Origin: Escherichia phage UPWr_E1
Reading direction: 5' to 3' (one strand)
Sequence record: PP418985.1
Length of the DNA stretch: 64,000 nucleotides
Shown: in pieces, positions 27,501 to 36,657 of the stretch
How the letters are laid out: every line of letters starts with the position of its first letter
How positions within the stretch are numbered: position 1 is the first letter of the stretch
Program-made: the position numbers and the translations under genes
Notes under the pieces: generated by a model
Told to the model about the DNA's origin: nothing
The model's input: only the letters and a program-made list of their open reading frames with translations
The model's database searches: none

Positions 27501-27626
27501 ATCTTTTGTATATAGTTCTCGATCCGCTAGGTTAATAGCAAGTTCACCCGGAGTTAGAATATTCGCATCCGGCTTGCGACCTGCCGTACTTGTTCTTTTA
27601 AATTGGATTCTCTGTAAATCTGCCAT
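24582..27626 (-). CDS. 37: Long tail fibre distal subunit (gp37-like) with C-terminal intramolecular chaperone domain
   Basis: 1014 aa; N-terminus MADLQRIQFKRTSTAGRKP...GELAINL matches T4 gp37; C-terminal SDIRVKKDL...NYNGVIGLITAAI...coiled coil is the S74-type autoproteolytic chaperone signature. Confidence 0.85.
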   Translation of the reverse strand: MADLQRIQFKRTSTAGRKPDANILTPGELAINLADRELYTKDDSNNVITLGHFRGELPTDANLDNYGPTGKFTGIWSKSTSTNAQPANKFPEENAVGVLEVFTAGQFAGTQRYTTRYGNVYIRSLSAKWNGVDGPWGVWRNIQSGTRPLSTTIDLNDLGGAEHFGLWRNSSNTIATFDRNFPEEGSSAQGLLEVYEGGKYSRTQRYTTRFGVVYTRCLAAAWDASAPKWGPWQQVGNVTPATFYDGNLNDFKTPGLYNILGTDAVINCPTGEGLPPVIVGLLEVKQRASGGAIFQKFTTAGTGATTRGRIFERAYTNGVWGTWNEVYTSYSLPITLGMGGVKAQLTELDWQTFDFVPGGMYSVPLNKVKNMPANMDWGTIDGNLIMLSVGPSEHTGTGRTVQVWRGTVSQANYRYFVVRVAGNPGNRTNTVRRIVVEDGRHTWTAQQDFNGVVNFGSSTTFKSTTTFNTEVKFRSSNAFKMYGGNFGTIFRNDGESLYILSTDENDQDGNFNTNRPFRYQFKTGDVTLGGTSGADILRLKSSSLAATFGGDVNLSKGTLTFEAGGKQSRDYFRFNHWGDSNNARDNIIQLEDSKGAHFSTERTLATGAIKTKFFGEVESDGRLTIKRPGDAIVLSTTASNSLHIRGDIGGNNNWYIGKGGADNSLAFYSYATQAGIHITNNGEIALAPQNFNNVSISKDRIYINATQWVANHSGSWDGQWREEAPIFIDQGSVGQDSYYPLIKGHSQITGQGYSTKADFGLRRTPGTWGQAVIRVGSAEATPGANHPQGVFEFHANGQFYCPLIQTPRIGVGTVPVWGGASIAIGDNDTGLAHGGDGRINLMANGQHIASWGIFHQEHPGLWSVGAALWTEVDKAIISHGHLIQANDNYSTYVRDIYIRSDIRVKKDLVKFENASQTLSKINGYMYLQKRGVNEDGSERWEPNAGLIAQEVQAILPELVEGDPVGENLLRLNYNGVIGLITAAINEHTEEIALLKEENKILRERLAAIEAKLFG

Positions 27627-27694
27627 TTTATAAAATCCTTAACGGTTATTAGAATAATATTATTTAGAAAAGCGGGGATAATCCCCCGCTAGAA

Positions 27695-29185
27695 TTAGAA
27701 AGTACCAAAATCAATTACCGCATTAAGCGGAACAGCGCCAACATCATCAGGAGTTGGTTTGTGTCCTTCGTGGTATAATTCAAATGTATCTGTGTCCTGA
27801 GTATTGTTTCGGGATTTAACGAAAATAATTTTAGAATCATGTGTGATGCCTAGTTTCTCGTGCGCTTTAATATCACTAACACGATGAATCATTGCTGTGC
27901 CATCTAAGCTATTAAGTCCAGCGTAGCAATTGTCACCATTATAGTTAGCTTTTGCTGTACGAACGCCGTTTGCAGCAGGAACTGTCAACGCACCTGTCAT
28001 GGTATCGCCAGTCACATTAACATAGCGAGCATCAGCCAATTTACGGTGATCTACATAGTTCCATGCGGTCCATGATTCATTAGAACAAGAACGCCAGCAC
28101 ATCGGATGATCAATAGATTCAGGATAATATACCTGAACAATTCGACGAGTACCGACCGCATCTTCTGGGCGATATACCATCAAAACGCCGTTATAATAGC
28201 TATCAGACGGTTTATTAGTACCTGATCCAGCATTTTCCACACGATAGATACCGCGATTAATAAGAGTGTTCCAATCAACGTTTCCAATGATTGTTGGATT
28301 TGCTACCATTGATTTTTTCTCAAAGTAGCTCAAACGAACCAATTCATTCGGACCAGCAGGATCGTTTGTCGCCAACATTCTAGGCGCTTGCAAGTTACCT
28401 TCCATAATATCACCAGCACGTTTAACCTGTGCATCATTGGTGACATTACCTAGTCCAACATCGGCTTTAGTTGGTTTATTGTTGGTGTGATAAAAACGAC
28501 CTTCTTTGCCATTAACAAAAATGGTAGGCTCATCTTTGCTACGGAATACCAACGTATCAAGAACGTTACCATAATAGATCTTAGTCGCATCAAAATTAAT
28601 TAAATCACGTCCCCTTGCAATTAATTTCGAATCAACCGATAGTTTAACAGTGACAGTGTTTAAATTATATGTTCCTGTGAGAGTATCACCGCGACGAGAC
28701 ACCAAATCTAAATCATTATTCGTCGGCTTATTAACAGGGCTATAGACGCGTTGACCAGTGTCTTTAATGGTTGTCCCTTCGATGGTCCCTTTAGTTTTAA
28801 AATCACCTGTGGTAGTGTCAATATAAGCCATGATAACATCATCACGAGCATTAACAAAGCCGATGGATTTCCACGAATGCAAACCCCAACTTACACCATC
28901 AAAGTTAGCAGCATCACTCTTGCCTTTAAAGATCCCGTTCTTTTTGGTTTCTCCACCGGATGCGCTACCTACGCTTAAACCTTCCTCAAAATGGACCAGT
29001 TTCTGAAATGTACCACCTTCGGTTGCACTGACGGAATCAGAATCTTCCGCCGTCGGCTTGTCAAACGCAGTATAGATTTTATGACCTTTATAGAAAAGCT
29101 GGTCCCCCGCTGGCTGGATCGTCAAGTTTCCTTGCGTCCAAATGGGAGATCCGCCTACAGTAGATCCATGTTTCAAATCTGCCAT
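27695..29185 (-). CDS. 36: Long tail fibre distal small subunit (gp36-like)
   Basis: 496 aa; N-terminus MADLKHGSTVGGSPIWTQGN...PAGD matches T4 gp36; TATAAATA upstream. Confidence 0.75.
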   Translation of the reverse strand: MADLKHGSTVGGSPIWTQGNLTIQPAGDQLFYKGHKIYTAFDKPTAEDSDSVSATEGGTFQKLVHFEEGLSVGSASGGETKKNGIFKGKSDAANFDGVSWGLHSWKSIGFVNARDDVIMAYIDTTTGDFKTKGTIEGTTIKDTGQRVYSPVNKPTNNDLDLVSRRGDTLTGTYNLNTVTVKLSVDSKLIARGRDLINFDATKIYYGNVLDTLVFRSKDEPTIFVNGKEGRFYHTNNKPTKADVGLGNVTNDAQVKRAGDIMEGNLQAPRMLATNDPAGPNELVRLSYFEKKSMVANPTIIGNVDWNTLINRGIYRVENAGSGTNKPSDSYYNGVLMVYRPEDAVGTRRIVQVYYPESIDHPMCWRSCSNESWTAWNYVDHRKLADARYVNVTGDTMTGALTVPAANGVRTAKANYNGDNCYAGLNSLDGTAMIHRVSDIKAHEKLGITHDSKIIFVKSRNNTQDTDTFELYHEGHKPTPDDVGAVPLNAVIDFGTF

Positions 29186-29218
29186 AAAGTAACCTCAAAA
29201 ATTAGTTATAGTTCCGAG

Positions 29219-29226
29219 TATTTATA
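29219..29226 (-). promoter_or_regulatory. T4-type late promoter (TATAAATA) for gene 36
   Basis: Exact TATAAATA on the minus strand about 35 nt upstream of the gene 36 start codon. Confidence 0.55.
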
Positions 29227-29342
29227 GAATGTTAACAAAATATCGCTTTGCGACGTGCCGTAGGCACTGATTATTTTTTAACCGAAACAAATTTTCTATA
29301 TTCTAAAGATCTTTCTTCGTTTTGGTTATGTTTTAACCAACT

Positions 29343-29376
29343 GCATAAAAATAAAGCCGACCACGAGGATCGGCTT
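29343..29376 (-). terminator. Rho-independent terminator after gene 35
   Basis: Reverse complement is AAGCCGATCCTCGTGGTCGGCTT + TATTTTTAT, identical to the hairpin at 18208. Confidence 0.65.
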
Positions 29377-29386
29377 GTTAAAAATG

Positions 29387-30526
29387 TTAATCAACATCAA
29401 ACTCTTTAAAGTTGTTGGATGTGATGTGTTTATTATCTCTAGGCAGCTTAAGAAGACTCATAACAGGGTTATCGAAATTGCCGTTATCCTGAATGTGAGT
29501 TGTTCTAATACCGTTAACACCAAAGGAAGTAGGTCCGGTAGTTTTGACGACACCGCTTATAGGAGTAATCAGGATGTTTCTAACCTTAACAACACCTTCA
29601 TTGGAGTTGGTTGGATATCTGATACAACCAGTTACTACACTATCGACACCTTCCGGTACAGTATAAACAGCTTCGAATTTTTCCCATTGATCTTTCTGGC
29701 TGGCATTGTAGCGAACGCCAGTTTTATATTGTCCCTCCATAAAATAGTTATGGAAGAATCGCGCTGTTACGTTGGCTGCTGCTGCGGCACTATCACGGAA
29801 CAATTCAAAAGATATTGATAGTTTGTCACCTGCCTTGATGTTAAAATCTTCAAGTGGTGCGCTGATCTCATCATGAGGCCATTGTATTAGCTCGAAATGT
29901 TCGGCATCTTCGCTAACATACTCGACCGGATAATCTAAAAATCGTTGTGGTGTTCCTGTAATTGCAAGATCATCTATAGTATCATAGACTTTCTCAATCT
30001 GTATAGATGAATCTTGCCCTTCTCCGTGAGTTGCTTGCATACCTTCACAAACAATTTTACCCATTTTAGTAGAGTAAATTGCTGCATACGATACACGAGG
30101 CATTTGCTGTAATAGAATATAATTAGGGAAAGACACAGATCCTAACTTAGCAAATATACCATCACTTACAACATCTGCAAATAGTTCTCCATGTGATGCC
30201 ATTGCGATAATATAATCCCCTTTCAGTAAAGAAAGATAATCACGCATTGCCAATACAGCACCACGACCATAGAATACCTTTTCTTCGTGTAATTGTCCAG
30301 TTGGAGTAAGAACTTTAAAGTTTAGGCCAGTCTCATAGCCAGTCCCGACGATCTCCACTCCATTAAATCTAATCCTTGCTGGTTTGGAAGAATCCGCATT
30401 AGATCCGCGCACTTCCAGCTTATACATCACAGAGTTGTTTTCTGAAATGCTTGTAAATGTCGCGGAGTCTTCGTCGAAATGCGCAAACTTAATTCCAGTA
30501 TTGCGTAATTCTATCTCTTGTGTCAT
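29387..30526 (-). CDS. 35: Long tail fibre hinge protein (gp35-like)
   Basis: 379 aa (T4 gp35 is 372); sits between genes 34 and 36. Confidence 0.65.
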   Translation of the reverse strand: MTQEIELRNTGIKFAHFDEDSATFTSISENNSVMYKLEVRGSNADSSKPARIRFNGVEIVGTGYETGLNFKVLTPTGQLHEEKVFYGRGAVLAMRDYLSLLKGDYIIAMASHGELFADVVSDGIFAKLGSVSFPNYILLQQMPRVSYAAIYSTKMGKIVCEGMQATHGEGQDSSIQIEKVYDTIDDLAITGTPQRFLDYPVEYVSEDAEHFELIQWPHDEISAPLEDFNIKAGDKLSISFELFRDSAAAAANVTARFFHNYFMEGQYKTGVRYNASQKDQWEKFEAVYTVPEGVDSVVTGCIRYPTNSNEGVVKVRNILITPISGVVKTTGPTSFGVNGIRTTHIQDNGNFDNPVMSLLKLPRDNKHITSNNFKEFDVD

Positions 30527-30560
30527 AATAACCCCATAGGGGGCTTTCGCCCCCTTTTAA

Positions 30561-33500
30561 TTAGTCTTCCCAGATAAAATCTACGGTACGAGTCAGATTA
30601 TTGGCAATAATTTTAACATTACCAACCTTGATCCAGTCACGAACCGTCATAGAGTTCATCAAACCACCTTCGGCAACCACTGCCCCGATTTCCTGAGCAG
30701 TAGGCTTGTTCTGTTTGGTGTAAATTTCGCCCCATGCGGTCCATTGACCATCTGTACCGGAACGGATATAATGCTTATGAGTACCATCAGGCGACCAGAT
30801 TTGGGTAAGGCCGTTTTCATCAGTACCCCATTGCATCAATGTACCATTTTTCTTTTCTGGGTAGGTTTCTTTGATGTTTTGGGTAGTTACTCGCATGTTC
30901 CAGAAGCCAATGTTACCAATTGCTGGTGCAGTAGTAGCGATCGCTTCATGCTTAACTGATACAATAGACGCATTATCCATAATCAATTTACCAGTCATTG
31001 TATCGCCAGCATTCTTAACAAACTGACGATTAAGAACTTCGTCTGCGTTTCCTGCGTGGACGATCTGATATTTCTGTCCGGCAATCTCTGTAGTAAGCGT
31101 CTGATAACCTGCTTTGATGTTAACACTTCCACCGTGACCGATATTCAACATACCATCTGGGGAACGAGTCATTGCCGGATTAGACTGGTCAACAATGTAT
31201 AAACCGCCTTGTTTCGCATACAGGTTACGACCTGCAATAAAGTCTCTATATGCTGCCGCGTCGCCATTATGTTCCATAGCAAAGGCGTAATGCTCTACGA
31301 ATCCACCATCATTAATTTTACCGAAAGCGATAGCATCACTATCAACTACTTGCGCCGTACCAGTACCACCAACGATAATAGACCATGAGTTTTCCATACC
31401 TTCTGACAGGGTTGTGCCATGCAATGTAATTCCGGTGTGACCATCAACTCCACGCTCACCCAATACCAGATGACCATTACTTGGATCGTCAGTAGAGTTT
31501 TTAGTCACATACAGAGTTTCAAAGGAACCTGATTTTAAGCACTCTAAATCGCCCTTCACGTTAACGTTTTTATTAAACGTGTAATTGCTCTCGATGGTCT
31601 GATCAATGTCTCTACGCGCCCATTTAGCGGCCTCTACGTTACCCAATTTCAAACTATTCTGGGCGGTTGCCATCTTAGGTAAGAAATTAGCAAGTGCGTA
31701 GTTTAATCCTTTCGGAGTTACCGCAATCCCATCATGCTGATAGTTATCGAGATCTTGAGTAGAACCTTGCAGATTGTCACCAACAAAACAGTTTTCTTGT
31801 GTTGCTACTTTCAGGAATCCGCGACGGGCTTCCGTTGCTTGCCATGACTCTTCTGTCTGCGCAACATACTTGAAGTTTTTAGGCGAAATTGCTACATTGT
31901 CCATAGTACCAGCGACGGTTTCGGCTTGAGTACCAATTCGGATAATACCTTCTTTACCTTCGGTGGCCTTTTTGCCTTGCAGCTTTTTAGGAGTAATGAT
32001 CGTAGCGTCATCTTCTCCTGCGTCCGTAAGCTGAGTAGTTGCAACTTTCGCGACACCTTTTGTATCTTCGGTTGCATCAAGACCGCTGATCATGATACCC
32101 TGCCACAAGTCACCAGTAAGGTTAAGCCCCTGAGTCGGATCTACTTTCAAACGCTGTGCATTCTCAAAGAAGGTTTTAATCTTCAATGGGGTAGAAATGC
32201 GAGCATCGTCACGACCTGCGTCAAACTCCGGTTGAGTTGCAATTTCTGCTAAACCGTGTAAAGTTTCAGTTGCACGGCGAGTATGTAGCTTTTTAGGCGT
32301 GATGATATGGTTATCACTTTGACCTAAGTTTGTTTCTTCCTGAGTTGCAATTTCAGCGATACCAGTACGGGATTCGGTAGCAGTACGCTTGGTTAACGTG
32401 CGAGTAGTGATCAGCAATGCATCTTGCGGGGTTGATTCAGTAGCCCCTTGCACTTCCGCGTCAGTTGCCAGATACCCAACACCACGAGAAGTTTCAGTAG
32501 CTTTAACTTCGTTGATGTTTTGCGGAGTAACGATTTTAGCGTGGTCGTTGATGTTATAGATCCCCGTACCAGCTTCACCCCTTCGAGCGGCAGCATTACC
32601 GCCTACCTGAACAATTTCAGCGATACCAGCAAGATCCTCGGACGCGCGACGCTCTTCTAACTTCTTAGGAGTGATTGCGCGAGTATCGTCTAAACCTTCG
32701 TTGGTTTCATGTTGAGTTGCAATTTCCATCACACCACGACGGTCTTCGGTAGCAACACAGTCATTTAACTTTTTAGGTGTAACGATAACATCATCCAGGA
32801 AGCTGGAACCAGTATCTTGATGCGTTTCCGCTTGAGTTGCAATGCGAGCAATACCGCGTCGAGTTTCGTTGGCTGTTTTATTAGCCAGAACCTTTGGAGT
32901 CACCGCAACTTCGTCGCTAGGATTATCTTCATGGTTTTTGTTTGTTTCATCCTGGGTAGCCAGTGCAATTACACCAACACGATCTTTACGAGTCGGATCT
33001 ACTCGTTCTACAATCGGGTGAGCATGTGCCACCAACCAGTGTTTCTTACCATCATCACCTTCTGAATAAGAGAACTCCAGATAAGGTACATAATCATTTG
33101 CAGCGTTGAAAGACAATTCAGACACTTCCGTCCATGTATCGGTCCCATTGAATGGGTACTCGCTACGCTTAGGAAACTGAACCATGTTTTTCTGCATAAG
33201 AATTTTTGTATCTTCTGCGGCGGTAATGATTCGGCAGGTCTGGTTTCCGTGCATATACTGCATAGAAACTTGGATACGATCGCCAGGCTCGACGTTAGAC
33301 GGTAAGGTCAGAGTAACATCATGATCACCAAATACAGCAACATAGCTATTAGGAGATAAGCGAGTATCATTAATGATTGGATTCAAGCGAACTGACTGAT
33401 CACCATCCCACACACGCCATAAGTTTTCCGGCTTGTCAAAGATGAATACTCCGTGACCGCTACGCTTACCAACAATTTCTTTTAACCCGAAAGTACCGAT

Positions 33501-34301
33501 TGATTGTTCTTGCGCACCTTCATGCACTTTTACCGTAACATGGTTGGTTGCAGTCAATCCGTCAAGGTCGGTAGTCTGAATCATATCACCGTTATTAGCA
33601 AACTTAGGAAGCATCAAAACGATGTTACCTAAAGAACTACGACGGAATACCTGATCACCGTTTTGCATCTGAATCGGATCAATAGACGGCTGTGCATATA
33701 CCCCGCGCGGCTCTGTTCCCGTCTGGTAAACGTGCCAGCGATTGCGAACAAAAATGAAGTAGTTCATTGCATAAGGGGTAGTACAGTACCATTTGCGGTT
33801 GTTTACCACACCGTTATGATAGAACTCATGACCAGCCGCAAGGAACGATAACTCATTAACACCGCACTTGCCACCGATATCTTTCACTGTTATAGTGTCG
33901 CCCTCTGCCGGATTAGTAGGCATTGAGAATGTTAAGTTTGCAAACTGACAGTCCGCTGCGATATAATCACCGGACTTTAAAGGAGTATCGCCGGAAGTTG
34001 CTGCAACATAATCCCAACGTGGGTCCGTGCGCAGTGCTTGCCATTTAGTCGGGTCAAAATCACCTGCTGGCTTTGTGATATCTTCTTTTGCATAATACGG
34101 ACGGTTTTGATAGATTGTAGTTCCGTATTGATCATAACCGCGAGTTGTGTCATACTGAGTAATACCATTATGGTAATTGAAAAATTCAACGTTGACCGCA
34201 TCGGTGTTGACATTCTTATCAGCCAATGCTACATTGACGACCTTTTCATTACCAGCGTCAAAGCCAAATGTGGCCTTGAAATGTTGAGAAAAATCTGCCA
34301 T
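30561..34301 (-). CDS. 34: Long tail fibre proximal subunit (gp34-like)
   Basis: 1246 aa; N-terminus matches T4 gp34; internal ETRRGIARIATQ...TPKKL repeats; TATAAATA upstream. Confidence 0.9.
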   Translation of the reverse strand: MADFSQHFKATFGFDAGNEKVVNVALADKNVNTDAVNVEFFNYHNGITQYDTTRGYDQYGTTIYQNRPYYAKEDITKPAGDFDPTKWQALRTDPRWDYVAATSGDTPLKSGDYIAADCQFANLTFSMPTNPAEGDTITVKDIGGKCGVNELSFLAAGHEFYHNGVVNNRKWYCTTPYAMNYFIFVRNRWHVYQTGTEPRGVYAQPSIDPIQMQNGDQVFRRSSLGNIVLMLPKFANNGDMIQTTDLDGLTATNHVTVKVHEGAQEQSIGTFGLKEIVGKRSGHGVFIFDKPENLWRVWDGDQSVRLNPIINDTRLSPNSYVAVFGDHDVTLTLPSNVEPGDRIQVSMQYMHGNQTCRIITAAEDTKILMQKNMVQFPKRSEYPFNGTDTWTEVSELSFNAANDYVPYLEFSYSEGDDGKKHWLVAHAHPIVERVDPTRKDRVGVIALATQDETNKNHEDNPSDEVAVTPKVLANKTANETRRGIARIATQAETHQDTGSSFLDDVIVTPKKLNDCVATEDRRGVMEIATQHETNEGLDDTRAITPKKLEERRASEDLAGIAEIVQVGGNAAARRGEAGTGIYNINDHAKIVTPQNINEVKATETSRGVGYLATDAEVQGATESTPQDALLITTRTLTKRTATESRTGIAEIATQEETNLGQSDNHIITPKKLHTRRATETLHGLAEIATQPEFDAGRDDARISTPLKIKTFFENAQRLKVDPTQGLNLTGDLWQGIMISGLDATEDTKGVAKVATTQLTDAGEDDATIITPKKLQGKKATEGKEGIIRIGTQAETVAGTMDNVAISPKNFKYVAQTEESWQATEARRGFLKVATQENCFVGDNLQGSTQDLDNYQHDGIAVTPKGLNYALANFLPKMATAQNSLKLGNVEAAKWARRDIDQTIESNYTFNKNVNVKGDLECLKSGSFETLYVTKNSTDDPSNGHLVLGERGVDGHTGITLHGTTLSEGMENSWSIIVGGTGTAQVVDSDAIAFGKINDGGFVEHYAFAMEHNGDAAAYRDFIAGRNLYAKQGGLYIVDQSNPAMTRSPDGMLNIGHGGSVNIKAGYQTLTTEIAGQKYQIVHAGNADEVLNRQFVKNAGDTMTGKLIMDNASIVSVKHEAIATTAPAIGNIGFWNMRVTTQNIKETYPEKKNGTLMQWGTDENGLTQIWSPDGTHKHYIRSGTDGQWTAWGEIYTKQNKPTAQEIGAVVAEGGLMNSMTVRDWIKVGNVKIIANNLTRTVDFIWED
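31960..33015 (-). repeat. Tandem coding repeats inside gene 34 (about ten copies of a roughly 35-aa fibre repeat)
   Basis: Recurring G(I/V)AxIATQxE...D..IITPKKL units in the translated gp34. Confidence 0.6.
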
Positions 34302-34329
34302 TATTGGGTCTCCTTTTATAGTATGTTCA

Positions 34330-34337
34330 TATTTATA
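34330..34337 (-). promoter_or_regulatory. T4-type late promoter (TATAAATA) for gene 34
   Basis: Exact TATAAATA on the minus strand about 30 nt upstream of the gene 34 start codon. Confidence 0.6.
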
Positions 34338-34375
34338 AAATGAGGCTTGATAGAAACAAAAGAGGATGATATATT

Positions 34376-34561
34376 ATGGTTAAAGTTGATTTGTCAGACG
34401 GTGCAAAATGGATAGTTGACAGAATCCCAGATAAGGATTACAATTATTTCCGTGCCGAATTAAACAATGCAATTCTGCGAGTTATGGAGAAATACGGGTA
34501 TGATCGTGAAGTATCTAACTCGTTTGGCGAATATGTTGTTGTGAGAGTGGAGAGAACTTAA
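34376..34561 (+). CDS. Hypothetical protein
   Basis: 61-aa ORF. Confidence 0.4.
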   Translation: MVKVDLSDGAKWIVDRIPDKDYNYFRAELNNAILRVMEKYGYDREVSNSFGEYVVVRVERT

Positions 34562-34563
34562 TT

Positions 34564-35511
34564 ATGACGTATAACCCGTTTACAAAAACTACCGCTACAC
34601 TTAATGATTTCTTCGATGATCCAGAAGATAAACTGCCGGAAGGTGTGCATTTGATTGATATGTCGCAGCTTATGATTGCTACTATCTCGCATACCTTTAA
34701 ACCGGAAGACCCTATTAATGAAGGCATGATTCGTCATCTTATCCTTGACACCATGCGTTATAATATGACAAAATTCAAAGAGCAATACCCAATTACGGTA
34801 CTTGCCTTTGATTCAAGTAAAGGTTACTGGCGACGTGATATCGCACCTTACTATAAACGCAACCGTAAGGAAAAACGAGACGCAGATCCGCGTGATTGGG
34901 AGATGATCTTTGCTGCGATCAATAAGATCACCGAAGAGTTTAAAGAGAACATGCCTTATCACGTTATTAAGGTTGACAAAGTTGAAGCAGATGATATAAT
35001 CGCTGTATTAACTAAAAAGTTTTCTGTAGAAGGTCGCCAGGTGCTGATCAACTCCGGCGATGGTGACTACACACAGTTGCACAAATACAAAAACGTGAAA
35101 CAGTGGGCGCCAGTACAGAAAGCATGGAAGAAATGCAAATATGGTAGCCCTTACAAAGACCTTATGGTAAAATGTGTTAAGGGTGACGCAAAAGACGGTG
35201 TAGCTTCTGTCAAATGTCGTAGTGATTTCATTATCTCACGACTGGAAGGGGAACGAGCTAAACCAATTGCGACCAAATGGTTAGAGCAAATTTTCGATGC
35301 CGAAGATCCAAAGTCTTTGATGACAGAGGAAGAAGCACGACGCTTTGACGAAAACCGCGAACTTATTGATTTCGATTACATCCCAGATGATATTCAGAAT
35401 CAAATTCTGGAGTCATGGGAAAAATCTAAACCAGCACCACGCGGTAAAATTTATAACTATTTTGTAACAAATGCGTTAGTTAAAATGTTGCAGAAAATTG
35501 GTGAGTTCTAA
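34564..35511 (+). CDS. rnh: RNase H / 5'-3' flap endonuclease (FEN-1 family)
   Basis: 315 aa; blocks GYWRRDIAPYYKRNRK, DGDYTQLHKYKNVKQW, VKCRSDF, LIDFDYIPD match T4 RNase H. Confidence 0.9.
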   Translation: MTYNPFTKTTATLNDFFDDPEDKLPEGVHLIDMSQLMIATISHTFKPEDPINEGMIRHLILDTMRYNMTKFKEQYPITVLAFDSSKGYWRRDIAPYYKRNRKEKRDADPRDWEMIFAAINKITEEFKENMPYHVIKVDKVEADDIIAVLTKKFSVEGRQVLINSGDGDYTQLHKYKNVKQWAPVQKAWKKCKYGSPYKDLMVKCVKGDAKDGVASVKCRSDFIISRLEGERAKPIATKWLEQIFDAEDPKSLMTEEEARRFDENRELIDFDYIPDDIQNQILESWEKSKPAPRGKIYNYFVTNALVKMLQKIGEF

Positions 35512-35521
35512 GGGTTGACAT

Positions 35522-36121
35522 ATGAAAGAACTTGAATTAAAATACTATGCCCATTCGCAGGATGGTGTAGAAACAATCTGTGATTTGTGGGTGGCAATGT
35601 ATGACGGTTATAATATCGTAGATCGAGATAACATATTAAAACACGAATTTTATTATGATACCGAAGATCATGCGCTACGTCAAAAAGGAATTTATGCACG
35701 ACTTGACTGTAGAAAATCAGAGATCATGGTCAAAATGGGTGATAATGAATCTGGACTATTCAACCGAGAGGAAATTACATTTTCAAATTGGGATGAGTTC
35801 GTCCATTTTATTGATAGTCTAGGGGTAAACTCCGACTATATCACTACAATAATGCAAGTAATGACATATCGCAAGTCATTGACTCTAGATATGGATTGTG
35901 GTATAGTGGAAATGTGCAAAGACACTTTCTATTATGGCAAAGTAGGCGAAGGAATTGGCGACACTGCTCATTATGAACTTGAGTTCGAGTTAAAATCAGG
36001 TGATGAAAAAGCACTTGACATTATCCGAGAAATGATGCTAGAATATATCGGCGATGATTTACGTCCTAGCGAAATCTCAAAAGCTGAACGCGGTTTTCAA
36101 TTAATGACGAAAGAGGGTTAA
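35522..36121 (+). CDS. CYTH-domain protein (triphosphate tunnel metalloenzyme-like)
   Basis: 199 aa; N-terminal ExExK (ELELKY); later RLD/RxR-like and C-terminal ELEFELK acidic strand typical of CYTH. Confidence 0.55.
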   Translation: MKELELKYYAHSQDGVETICDLWVAMYDGYNIVDRDNILKHEFYYDTEDHALRQKGIYARLDCRKSEIMVKMGDNESGLFNREEITFSNWDEFVHFIDSLGVNSDYITTIMQVMTYRKSLTLDMDCGIVEMCKDTFYYGKVGEGIGDTAHYELEFELKSGDEKALDIIREMMLEYIGDDLRPSEISKAERGFQLMTKEG

Positions 36122-36125
36122 TATT

Positions 36126-36401
36126 ATGACTGAACAGAAAAAAGAAAAAGTAGTATTCGATGAAAATGTACACGGAAATACCCTGGCACAACTGATTAAA
36201 GAAGCCAGCGATCAGAAAACCATTCAAGAAGCATATGGCGATAAGATCAAAGAGATCAAACAGCGTGCTAAAGAAGAATTAGGCGTAGATGGTAAAATGT
36301 GGGGCATTCTGTTTAAACTGTATCACCAGCAACAGCGCGAAACCTTCGAAGCAGAACGCGACGAAGCGGTAGAACTCTATGATCGGGTGTTCAATGCTTA
36401 A
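36126..36401 (+). CDS. dsbA: Double-stranded DNA-binding protein DsbA (late transcription)
   Basis: 91 aa; LGVDGKM and EAVELYDRVF blocks match T4 DsbA. Confidence 0.8.
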   Translation: MTEQKKEKVVFDENVHGNTLAQLIKEASDQKTIQEAYGDKIKEIKQRAKEELGVDGKMWGILFKLYHQQQRETFEAERDEAVELYDRVFNA

Positions 36402-36648
36402 TGAACATGCGGTAAAAGCCGCGAACAAAACAGCAAACGGTCTTGCAATCGAAAAAATGGTTGTTGAAGAGGGATTGACTTATCTTGAAGCAACAACGCA
36501 GTTTGTAGAGGAAAACTCTATAGAATATGGTCACTATCAGAAATATATTCCGGTGTCCATTATTGACAAGATCACACAAGAATGTATAGTAAATAGAACG
36601 CTCAGGAAGGGAGTGATCGACGAACCGACCAACACTCTCGATATTTAA
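36379..36648 (+). CDS. 33: Late promoter transcription accessory protein (gp33-like); start uncertain
   Basis: IEKMVVEEGLTYLEATTQFVEENSI matches T4 gp33 core; may start at ATG 36394 or 36403. Confidence 0.7.
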   Translation: MIGCSMLNEHAVKAANKTANGLAIEKMVVEEGLTYLEATTQFVEENSIEYGHYQKYIPVSIIDKITQECIVNRTLRKGVIDEPTNTLDI

Positions 36649-36657
36649 GGGGTATGT

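Noticed and set aside
27661-27668. TATTTAGA (minus strand TCTAAATA) as a late promoter for gene 37, and a similar near-match upstream of holin t
   Set aside because: Two mismatches to TATAAATA; gene 37 is more likely co-transcribed from the gene 36 promoter, so these were not annotated
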